64,000 nucleotides of DNA from Isosphaeraceae bacterium (lineage in GTDB: Bacteria > Planctomycetota > Planctomycetia > Isosphaerales > Isosphaeraceae): positions 1 to 64,000 of the forward strand of contig CBDATT010000002.1 of NCBI GenBank assembly GCA_965199885.1. The letters are read 5' to 3'. A program made the position numbers and the translations under genes. The notes beneath the pieces were generated by a model. The model did no database searches. It was given only the letters and a program-made list of their open reading frames with translations, and had not been told where the DNA came from. Of this stretch, positions 1 through 7,860 are shown piece by piece; within the stretch, counting starts at the first letter, position 1, and every line of letters begins with the position of its first letter.

Positions 1-1330
1 GTAACAAATTTAAGGAGTTTTGGGGAATCGCGGCATTTGGGGGGAATGGCTTCAAGCCGTACGGTTGCGTCAAAGTTCCATCAGCTGCTCTAGGCAGAAA
101 GTTTACTGGATCAGTCCAACCACTATTCACTGGTGTTGTGATACCTGCCATGGTTTCTCTCCATGTTGGAAATCCCCACCAAGTTTGCTTAGCACTAGGG
201 GACACCAAATTATCACCTAAATCGAGTGCATTGTGGTTGTTTGAAATCCCGTAGTAAGTGTCATTGCCTGGATACAAGAAGTGATCCCATCCCAGACCGA
301 GACGATTAGGGTCAGGTGTAGAATACATGCCCGGATAAATGAACGGAAAGGCATAAATATCGTAAGAGCCGGGGTTTAACCTATTAGAGTTAGACGCTTC
401 ATTCATGAAAATATTGGGAGAATTAAAAGGATGGTTGCCAGCCCCATCTGTGTAAATCGTAGGATAATAGTCTGGAACACCATCGCCAATAATGTTTCCA
501 TTATTGTCAACATTATTGTCGTCAGGGGTATTATCAAAGTTATTGCGCGTTCCCTGGTTATCAGTAAAATCATTTGCAAAACGAGGACGAAATGCTCTAT
601 TCTCCCTGTTCGTCAAATCTTCGAGGTCATTTACTAATGGAATGGCGGACTTGGAGCCACCGGGCCTGCAAGATATATCGTTCATTCCTTGCCAGCTAAC
701 AATAGTGGAATTGCCAAAAGCCTGACTTTTAAAATAGTATTGGTACGTGTTTGGGCCAAACATCAAGGTTGAAAAGTCGCCTGCAACAGTGTTACCAATC
801 ACTATGGATTTCTGTCGTTCAGGTGAGACCAAGAATACTCTACGGTAAAGATTACCGTTCCGAAGAAAGTAGATGACTTCAGCCACTTGGCTAGTAATTG
901 AGGTTGGTTGGATGCTCTGATTCACAGAAGAGCCTTTGCTGCCTAACCATTGGCGTCCCGTGAAGAACTGACCATCCGGGGCGCGGGTGGTGAAGGCGAG
1001 GTAGTCGTCGGAGTCTTCCCCCTGGATGTCGGCGGGGGCGTTCTCGCCGTATTCGAAGTAGCCGCGCTTGTCGCGCGGGTCGTTCGGGGGCGTCATCTTG
1101 GCGGTCACGCCAGCCAGGTCGGACCGGATGATCGAGTCGATCTGGCGGAGGTTGACGTCGAGTTCCTGGATCGTCCGCGAAGCGCTCATGGCGCCGGTGG
1201 CGACCTGAAAGATCTGGACCAGGATCACCATCATCAGGATGACGAGGGCGACCACGACGAGCATTTCGACCAGAGTCACGCCCCGGCGGCGATCTTGAGG
1301 ACCGCTTGGGCGTCGGATCAGCGTCAGCAT
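1..1330 (-). CDS. prepilin-type N-terminal cleavage/methylation domain protein (large pseudopilin-like); C-terminal end lies beyond window start
   Basis: Minus-strand ATG at 1330-1328. My own translation gives MLTLIRRPSGPQDRRRG|VTLVEMLVVVALVILMMVILVQ, a class III prepilin signal with hydrophobic helix. The frame stays open to position 1 (443+ codons). It is absent from the ORF track only because no stop falls inside the window. It is the 5th of five tandem prepilin-type genes. Confidence 0.6.
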   Translation of the reverse strand, partial: MLTLIRRPSGPQDRRRGVTLVEMLVVVALVILMMVILVQIFQVATGAMSASRTIQELDVNLRQIDSIIRSDLAGVTAKMTPPNDPRDKRGYFEYGENAPADIQGEDSDDYLAFTTRAPDGQFFTGRQWLGSKGSSVNQSIQPTSITSQVAEVIYFLRNGNLYRRVFLVSPERQKSIVIGNTVAGDFSTLMFGPNTYQYYFKSQAFGNSTIVSWQGMNDISCRPGGSKSAIPLVNDLEDLTNRENRAFRPRFANDFTDNQGTRNNFDNTPDDNNVDNNGNIIGDGVPDYYPTIYTDGAGNHPFNSPNIFMNEASNSNRLNPGSYDIYAFPFIYPGMYSTPDPNRLGLGWDHFLYPGNDTYYGISNNHNALDLGDNLVSPSAKQTWWGFPTWRETMAGITTPVNSGWTDPVNFLPRAADGTLTQPYGLKPFPPNAAIPQNSLNLL

Positions 1331-1409
1331 ATCGACTCCTCCCCGGCGAGCCGGGTCATGACTGGGGACAGATGGGTCAGGCGAATGGGTGGTCGAGTTC
1401 ATCACGAGG

Positions 1410-2843
1410 TCAGTGAACCTCGAAGGTCCGGTTAAACACGTTGACCACGCTCGGCATAACCAGGGCGACGTTCAGGTGAAGCGGGTTGTTGCTGGCATCG
1501 ACCGCTGTTGCGGTCCGGACCCGCGAGTTCAGGATCACCACCATCGACCGATACCCCGAGGCACCCAGGACGAGGTCGGGGCCGGGGTCGGCGCGCTTGG
1601 CGACCTGGTACCAGTAATTCCGGACGAACGACGACTGCGTGGTGCCGACCCGGGTCCTGTAGCGCGAGACGACCCGCTCGTAGGTCGTATCGCAAATCCA
1701 GCCACCGACGCGGACCGGCGGGTCGGCCAGGGCGCTGTTCCAGCGCAGGAGGACGGCCCGGGCGTTCCCGCCGTAACCGTAAACCGCCTCGACGACCGTC
1801 TCGCCGGTCGGGGCGAACCCGAGCCCGTTGGGCAGGGGGTCGTAACCAAACGGGCGGCTATCGCAGACGACCACATCGCCGGTGAACTGGGCGCCGTTGC
1901 CGTTGGCGTCGATCTGCCGGCCGGTGAAGAACCAGCTAAAGCGATAATCCGCCTGTGGTCCCCCCGTGGAGAGGTCGGGCAGGAGCGGGCTTGACGAGGT
2001 CGCCTGCCGGAGAAGCAAGTTGGCAGGCAGGGCGGCCCCAACTGCCGAGGTCTTTGTCTCGGTGTCGCCGTAGACGATGTCGTCGATCGAGGTGAACACG
2101 TTCCCGGCCACATCGGCGGGCTGATACAGGAAGGTGGGCGGGTTGGCGCTCGGGTCGTCGTTGTGGTGCGTGAAGGCGAACTGCGGGGTCAGACCACCAC
2201 TATTCCAGGGGACGAAGTTGGTCAACCGCTGCAAGCCGTGGGCGCTGGCGATGTTGCCGTCGGGGTCCAGGTGGATGTACGGCGTCGTGGTCCCGAAGAT
2301 ACCCGACCCGAACCGGGCCTCGCCCAACATGTAAGTGGCGCTGCCACCCGTGACCAGGCCCGGCGGCACGATCAGCGTCGGGTCGTACGTCATCGTGCTG
2401 GTGGTCGAGTTGGGTGGGTTGGCGGGCAAGACGTGCGCCAGTTCACGCCAGAGCGGGTCGTAGCAGATCGGCAACCCGTTCGCCAGGCCGACATTGTTGG
2501 TCGGGATCAAGACGCTGCCCGACGCGATCGTGTTGACGTAGGTGCCATCGGGCAAGGCATCCTGCACGAACGGGTCGCGGGTGCCGTACCAGGTATTCAG
2601 GAACGACGGTTTGAAGAAGAGCGCCCGCGAGTCGATATCATCGGCGGCGTCCTCGTACGTCAGTCCAGCGCGACCCTGACGAGTCCCTTCGCGGAGGCGG
2701 AGCAACCCGAGCGGGAACAGGGTCGCCAGCGAGATCAACCCGACCCCCATGATCAGGATCGCGATCAGGATCTCGGTCAGGGTGATCCCGGACCGACGCG
2801 GGCGGCGTTGTCCCAGAGCGTAAGCAGTAGTGGCGGCGGTCAT
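1410..2843 (-). CDS. prepilin-type N-terminal cleavage/methylation domain protein (large pseudopilin-like, 477 aa)
   Basis: N-terminus MTAATTAYALGQRRPRRSG|ITLTEILIAILIMGVGL shows a basic leader, Gly at -1, Glu at +5 and a hydrophobic helix. It is Gly/Thr/Asn/Pro-rich. It overlaps the upstream gene by 4 nt (ATGA), consistent with operon coupling. Confidence 0.65.
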   Translation of the reverse strand: MTAATTAYALGQRRPRRSGITLTEILIAILIMGVGLISLATLFPLGLLRLREGTRQGRAGLTYEDAADDIDSRALFFKPSFLNTWYGTRDPFVQDALPDGTYVNTIASGSVLIPTNNVGLANGLPICYDPLWRELAHVLPANPPNSTTSTMTYDPTLIVPPGLVTGGSATYMLGEARFGSGIFGTTTPYIHLDPDGNIASAHGLQRLTNFVPWNSGGLTPQFAFTHHNDDPSANPPTFLYQPADVAGNVFTSIDDIVYGDTETKTSAVGAALPANLLLRQATSSSPLLPDLSTGGPQADYRFSWFFTGRQIDANGNGAQFTGDVVVCDSRPFGYDPLPNGLGFAPTGETVVEAVYGYGGNARAVLLRWNSALADPPVRVGGWICDTTYERVVSRYRTRVGTTQSSFVRNYWYQVAKRADPGPDLVLGASGYRSMVVILNSRVRTATAVDASNNPLHLNVALVMPSVVNVFNRTFEVH

Positions 2844-4378
2844 TGCGACTCCTTCGTGCCACTCTGGGCGTCGTAGTACGGGGCGCTGGTGTCGTAGGCG
2901 TCGAAGTTTTCGATCGAGTTGGAGACGATCTGCCCGGTCCGCGTGAACAGCGTCAAGAGCCGCCGTTCTCCCTTCAGGAACGTCGGGCCGGCATAGTTGG
3001 CGGCCCCCTGCGGCAGCGGCAGCAGGTACGTTTGCGGGTTCGATGTGTCGGTGTAATGCGGATTTACTTTTGGCTTGAGAAGGGTCGTCGTCCCGATCGC
3101 CTGCTCGCCCCAGAGGGGGGCCGAGAGGTCTTCGCGCTCGGTGATCCAGAAGTGGAGGAACGGCAAGTTGGCGACCGGCGAGTTGGTGTAATAGCCACCG
3201 CCACCCGACCCGGTCCCCTGTGTGACCACGCGCCCCGACTGGTCGATCAAAACATCGACATTTCCCGAGAACGGATCGACCGGTAACCGCGACCGTTCCG
3301 GCAGCATGATCGAGTAACCCGGCTGGCTCGATACTGCCGCGTTCCAGGTCGTCAGGTCGATAACGGCCCCCGCCGGCAGCGTGGTCTCAGCGGAGTTCGG
3401 CGAGACGACCGGGCGACGGATGATCGTGTAGTTCGCGTTCGCTGGCGGCGATGACGAGTAGATCCCTTCAAACACTTCTTTTTCGTACTCGTCACCGATG
3501 AGCATCTCGTGGGGACCATCAATGACCCCATCTTGGTCATCGTCGATCCCGTTGTGCCCAGGGTCGATATAGCCGTCGCCGTCGTTGTCGATCCCGTCGC
3601 ACCCTTCGTCGATCCAGCCGTCGCCGTCGTCGTCGATCCCGTTCATGAGGTTGAGGTATTCAAGCACCGGCGTGTAAATCGGCGTTGCGGGATTTGGCGA
3701 GACAGGTACGTCGCCGAAATAAGCCAGAGAGGTCTCGCTGGCCAGACTCCCATAGGAAATGTACCTTTCGGGGTTGGCTGGTATTGCCCCCGTCGTCGCC
3801 GTTGAGGTGTGCATCGGCCCAACGATGGTATAGAACGGCCCCGAATCATTGAAGCGGATCTTGTCGCCCTGACGGATGTTATATTGCCACCCGGTGGGAG
3901 CGTTTTGAATGTATGCAGTGCCGCTGCTGGTCACTGTCGAGGTAACCTCTGCAGCCCCGACCCGCAGGTATTGCACAGAAGCCCCGGTCGAGTCGATCAG
4001 GTTAGAGGCCACCGGCACAAACGTACCACCGTTGACAACCCCCTCATGGTAATCGGGTGCCGGCTCGATCGGGACGAACCGGTTCGAGGCCAATGGCGAG
4101 CCATCCTGGGCATTGTTGAGAAAGTTGAAGGTCGGATCAGGCAGGAGCCGGATACCGCGGGGGGCGTTGGCGCGGATGGCGGCGTCGCGGGCACCGGAGA
4201 GGGCGGCTTGCAGGACGCGGGCGGCCTCGCTGACCCGCCGCTCGTTGAGCGCGGGCAGGATGACCGGTAGCGCCACGGCGCTGATCAGGCCGATGATGGC
4301 GACCACCACCAGCAGTTCGATCAAGGTGAAGCCCCGGGGCCGGAGCCGGGGGGCGATGGGATGCGTCGTCGCGGGCAT
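2840..4378 (-). CDS. prepilin-type N-terminal cleavage/methylation domain protein with acidic DxDxDG calcium-binding-like repeats (512 aa)
   Basis: N-terminus MPATTHPIAPRLRPRG|[15 protein letters not shown]. An internal block GIDDDGDGWIDEGCDGIDNDGDGYIDPGHNGIDDDQDGVIDG is present. Its start overlaps the stop of the upstream gene by 1 nt (TGATG). Confidence 0.65.
   Translation of the reverse strand: MPATTHPIAPRLRPRGFTLIELLVVVAIIGLISAVALPVILPALNERRVSEAARVLQAALSGARDAAIRANAPRGIRLLPDPTFNFLNNAQDGSPLASNRFVPIEPAPDYHEGVVNGGTFVPVASNLIDSTGASVQYLRVGAAEVTSTVTSSGTAYIQNAPTGWQYNIRQGDKIRFNDSGPFYTIVGPMHTSTATTGAIPANPERYISYGSLASETSLAYFGDVPVSPNPATPIYTPVLEYLNLMNGIDDDGDGWIDEGCDGIDNDGDGYIDPGHNGIDDDQDGVIDGPHEMLIGDEYEKEVFEGIYSSSPPANANYTIIRRPVVSPNSAETTLPAGAVIDLTTWNAAVSSQPGYSIMLPERSRLPVDPFSGNVDVLIDQSGRVVTQGTGSGGGGYYTNSPVANLPFLHFWITEREDLSAPLWGEQAIGTTTLLKPKVNPHYTDTSNPQTYLLPLPQGAANYAGPTFLKGERRLLTLFTRTGQIVSNSIENFDAYDTSAPYYDAQSGTKESQ
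3515..3640 (-). repeat. degenerate repeats of gtcgatccc / gtcgccgtcg encoding D-rich DxDxDG units in prepilin protein 3
   Basis: Repeated gtcgatcccgtt...gccgtcgccgtcgtt units on the plus strand encode GIDDDGDGWIDEGCDGIDNDGDGYIDPGHNGIDDDQDGVIDG. Confidence 0.5.
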
Positions 4379-6132
4379 CAGCGAACTCCCGTGCTGGGGG
4401 CCGAGGTGTTGTGGTTGGTGATATCGTCCAGCCCGGCATCGGTCTGGAGGTAGACGGTAGTGCCACTACTGGCGTCGGGGATTTCGAAGAAATGGCCCGA
4501 GGTCGCGGCATTCAGGCGGGCAATCGGGTTGGATTGCGACGCCTGGTTCTCGATGAGGATCAGGGCCTGCGTGTTGGCCTGAATAGTGGTCGCCGGGGCG
4601 ATCGGGAATGTGAAATTGGACCCCGACGAATCCGCCGTCAGCGCTGAATAATCCTTCGAAAACTGGGCGACCCCAGGTTCTTTATCGGGACCTGATGACA
4701 GGATCAGGAACTTCGAGAAGTAGGCCCGGCGATCGTACACGCCCGTCCGGTCCCATCCGGTTCCCGCTGGCGGTGTCGGGCTGGCGACGGGGCTGGTGAC
4801 CGGATCGACCAGGATGCCGAAGTAGTGCATGAATCCGAGTGCGCCTTTGCTCTGGCCGGGTAAGCTGCCATCCGGAGCGGTGAATGTTGGGCCGTAAGGA
4901 TGCGCAGTCGGTGCAGTTGTGAACCCGGGGTTGGCCAGCGCGGTCCACCAGCCGGGCGAAACCAGATACTGGTTCGGGTCGAGCGGGTCGAGTTGGCGGG
5001 TCTCGCTGTAGCCGTTGTACGGGGCGCTCCCCTTCTGCGTGTCGGACGAGCCGGGGACCGCACCGTAGTAGATCGGCAAGCGGAAGAACTGGAGCGGTTC
5101 GCCCCAGGCATCGACAAACTCGGGGAGGCCATCGCCGTCGGTATCGGCCACTTCGCGGGCGGTGAACTCGTCGCGGTTGAAGACGCTGCCGAGCGGGCCG
5201 ACCCCTTCGACCAGGACGGCATAAAGCATCTCGGCCCGTGCTGTCTTGTGTGTGTGCAGGGCCAACCGAGCATTGACGGCGCTCAGAAAGCTGGCTCCTG
5301 CCGGGCTCCCGTTGACCAGAACCTCGCTTAGTTCGTCGATAAAGCCGTTGGCGTTGTTGTCGCCGCCATCGAACGCCTGCGTGACGTTGACGGTTGTGCC
5401 CGAGTTTGCCGTGATCAGGTCGCTTGCCGCCGCCGCGTACAGGTTTTTGTAGACACCACCCGCCGCCGCGAACGAGGCGCCAAACATCCCTGTCACCGAG
5501 AGTTGGTTGTTATCGTTCGGATAAGGGTTGGTGATATTCGTTGAGGAGTCGCCATATCCTTCAAACAAGCCGCCCGCAGTCGTGTAGGGCGCTGTCGGCG
5601 AAGCGATGTTCGGATCACGGACAAAACCAATCCCCAACGGTACGACATAATTAGACAGACTCGTCCCACCAACAGGAAAGGCTGATGCAGCGAAGTTGAG
5701 CGGGTAAAACGCGCTGAAGGCGGCCCCATCAGTCGTGGCCGAGTTGAGATAAAAGACGTCGGGCAGTTCCGACCGGAGGTAGTCATACTGGGCGATCACC
5801 TGCGCCCGCCGCTCATCCGAGCCACCCGACGACACTGAACCGACCGGAATATAGTTACCACTGGCCAGGAAGTTGATCGCCGCCAGGTAGCGATGCGTCT
5901 GGTTGACCGGTGCCGTCGCGTTGAGCAGCGCATCGAGCCGGTCGGCGACGCCGGTTTCGAGTTTGGTGATGATTGTCTGCGTGGCGCGTTCCTCAGCACG
6001 ACGGACACCGTCGGCGGCGGCAACCAGGATCAACGAGATGATCAGCCCGATGATCGCGATCACCACCAGGAGTTCGATCAACGTGAAACCCGATGGGCTT
6101 CGCTTGTGCTCGTCGCGGGGGTATCGTCGCAT
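4378..6132 (-). CDS. prepilin-type N-terminal cleavage/methylation domain protein (about 584 aa)
   Basis: The ORF track begins at 6348. The prepilin motif MRRYPRDEHKRSPSG|[15 protein letters not shown] begins at the internal Met (codon 6132-6130), which has an AAGGAA Shine-Dalgarno-like sequence upstream. The upstream 216 nt of the ORF coincide with a conserved terminator-like hairpin, so the start was moved. Confidence 0.6.
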   Translation of the reverse strand: MRRYPRDEHKRSPSGFTLIELLVVIAIIGLIISLILVAAADGVRRAEERATQTIITKLETGVADRLDALLNATAPVNQTHRYLAAINFLASGNYIPVGSVSSGGSDERRAQVIAQYDYLRSELPDVFYLNSATTDGAAFSAFYPLNFAASAFPVGGTSLSNYVVPLGIGFVRDPNIASPTAPYTTAGGLFEGYGDSSTNITNPYPNDNNQLSVTGMFGASFAAAGGVYKNLYAAAASDLITANSGTTVNVTQAFDGGDNNANGFIDELSEVLVNGSPAGASFLSAVNARLALHTHKTARAEMLYAVLVEGVGPLGSVFNRDEFTAREVADTDGDGLPEFVDAWGEPLQFFRLPIYYGAVPGSSDTQKGSAPYNGYSETRQLDPLDPNQYLVSPGWWTALANPGFTTAPTAHPYGPTFTAPDGSLPGQSKGALGFMHYFGILVDPVTSPVASPTPPAGTGWDRTGVYDRRAYFSKFLILSSGPDKEPGVAQFSKDYSALTADSSGSNFTFPIAPATTIQANTQALILIENQASQSNPIARLNAATSGHFFEIPDASSGTTVYLQTDAGLDDITNHNTSAPSTGVR

Positions 6133-6283
6133 GGCGTCCGCCGTTCCTTTGTTCGCTGCCCGTCGCTGCGCTACTGACTCACTCACCAATGAACCATTCC
6201 GCCCGATCCGGGGCGGATCGACTCCAAGCCGACCCGCCCCACCCTGCGATCCGAACCGTTTCCTACGGAACGAGTCAGTGCCG

Positions 6284-6336
6284 AAAAAGAGGGACAGGCA
6301 CCGCTCCTGCGTCGCTTGAGCCAGTCCCCTTTTTCT
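6284..6336. terminator. conserved bidirectional terminator-like hairpin (copy 1): A-tract, 9-bp GC stem, conserved 21-nt loop, T-tract
   Basis: AAAAAGAGGGACAGGC-ACCGCTCCTGCGTCGCTTGAG-CCAGTCCCCTTTTTC lies immediately 3' of the minus-strand prepilin gene (stop at 6364) and 5' of the next gene (start at 6132). Confidence 0.5.
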
Positions 6337-6363
6337 CGACCCCTCCACGCGCCAGGAAATCGC

Positions 6364-7545
6364 TTAGTCGAGCCGACCACCCGAGAAGTTGGTGATGTTG
6401 TCGCTCTCACGCTGGCGAATACCCGTCTGGTCATCACCGTTGATATTGCCGGGGTCGGTTGCCACCGGCAGCATCGGCAACTTGCCGTTGCCTCCCAGGC
6501 TATTTTGCACATAAGTCCCACCCAGGCCGTAGTACCGATCCTGCCCGGCGGAAAAGAGCTGGAACGAGTTCGGATTCAGCCACGAGACCGTCCCCGATGC
6601 CGCCGGCCCCGAGGTGTAGGGGTTCGGCGAGGGGGAAATATCCAGGGTGGACGCCGTGTTGGTCCCCGACAGATACACCGGGAAGTTGACCAGGAAGCCG
6701 CGAGCCACCGGCGTGCTGCCGTCTTCCTCGAACTCGTAGTCGATCGCCGTCGCCGAGTTGTGGCCGAGCCCATTGATGTCGTTCGGGTCGTACGAGTTCG
6801 TGCCGTACGAGGCGAAGTAGGCATAAGCGCGGCGGTTGCCCGGCGTGATGTCGAGCGGGTCGAGGTACGACGGGATGTGGTCGCCGTCAAGGTCCACCAA
6901 TCGGCCGGCGACGAACTCGTAGTTGGCCGCTGTCCGGTTGGTGGCGAGGGTGCTGTTGATGAACGGATTCGTCGGGAGCTTGCTGAACCCACTCACGCCG
7001 GTGACGACGCCGTTGTTCAGGATCGGAATCCCGCCGAGGAAGAAGGTCAGGCATTCCGACCCATTCAAAAGGGTGGCATGCCCCAGGGCACCGTCATTGA
7101 TCCCGTTGCCGTTGAAGTCGAAGAAACCAGGGCTCGTCGGCGGGACCAGAAAGTTGACCCGCGGCCAGAACGACCGGAGGATGGCCAGCGACCGGTTAGC
7201 GAGGTCCTTGTCGGTGATGTCGGAATCGTTCGACCCGGCGCCGGCGATTGCGGTGCCTGCTGCTGAGGCGAAGAAGGCGGTAAACCCCGCCTCGGGCAAC
7301 AAGACCCGGCTCGGCGGGAAGGCGCCATAGGTCGTCTTGAAGCTCGCCAGCGCGGTCGCCATGTTGTTCAACTCGGCGGCGACCTGCGCTTCGCGGGCTC
7401 GCCGGAACGCACCCGCAATCGCGGGGAGCAAGAGCGCCAGCAGGATGGCGATGATCAGGATCACAACCAGAATTTCCACCAGCGTGAAGCCAAGCCGGCG
7501 GCTGCCAGAGCCAGGGCGAAGGTCGGGGCGGTCGGGGCGGTCCAT
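6364..7545 (-). CDS. prepilin-type N-terminal cleavage/methylation domain protein (about 394 aa)
   Basis: The prepilin motif MDRPDRPDLRPGSGSRRLG|FTLVEILVVILIIAIL starts at the internal Met (7545-7543). The upstream part of the ORF is a Pro-rich low-complexity artefact. The start coordinate is uncertain and could extend as far as 7749. Confidence 0.55.
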   Translation of the reverse strand: MDRPDRPDLRPGSGSRRLGFTLVEILVVILIIAILLALLLPAIAGAFRRAREAQVAAELNNMATALASFKTTYGAFPPSRVLLPEAGFTAFFASAAGTAIAGAGSNDSDITDKDLANRSLAILRSFWPRVNFLVPPTSPGFFDFNGNGINDGALGHATLLNGSECLTFFLGGIPILNNGVVTGVSGFSKLPTNPFINSTLATNRTAANYEFVAGRLVDLDGDHIPSYLDPLDITPGNRRAYAYFASYGTNSYDPNDINGLGHNSATAIDYEFEEDGSTPVARGFLVNFPVYLSGTNTASTLDISPSPNPYTSGPAASGTVSWLNPNSFQLFSAGQDRYYGLGGTYVQNSLGGNGKLPMLPVATDPGNINGDDQTGIRQRESDNITNFSGGRLD

Positions 7546-7770
7546 CGGTCGAAGCTCCGCGGAAGGTGGTTCAGGAGGAGAAACAGGTTTACCCAGGACA
7601 ACGAAACCAGTGTGTTTTGGGGACGACCCGGGCCAGACCCGCCGGGCGGCACCGGGGGCCGCTCCGCTCCGCGCCGGCAGCCGGATCGCGGCGGAAGGTG
7701 AATCAACCGGGTCGATTTCAGGGTGACCAGGCAACGAAGGGAGGATCAACCGCGCGGAGCGAGGACGTCC

Positions 7771-7798
7771 GGCCCGTGATCTCGCGAGATTACGGGCC
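7771..7798. promoter_or_regulatory. 28-nt near-perfect palindrome between gspF/pilC stop and prepilin gene start
   Basis: GGCCCGTGATCTCG|CGAGATTACGGGCC (13 of 14 pairs complementary). It could be an RNA hairpin or a dimeric operator. Confidence 0.3.
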
Positions 7799-7860
7799 GA
7801 TCAGCCCGGCGTGACGACCAATTCGGCCGCCACGCCTCGGGTTTTGCCAGGGTCGTCGGC

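Noticed and set aside
6133-6348. N-terminal extensions of ORFs 4378-6348 and 20298-20738 that look homologous (MEGSRKRGLAQATQERCLSLFF versus MAVGKRGLTQATEERCLSPFL)
   Set aside because: The similarity is produced by translating the two copies of the conserved terminator-like hairpin. The real prepilin start is the internal Met at 6132, and the 20298-20738 ORF is antisense and artefactual.
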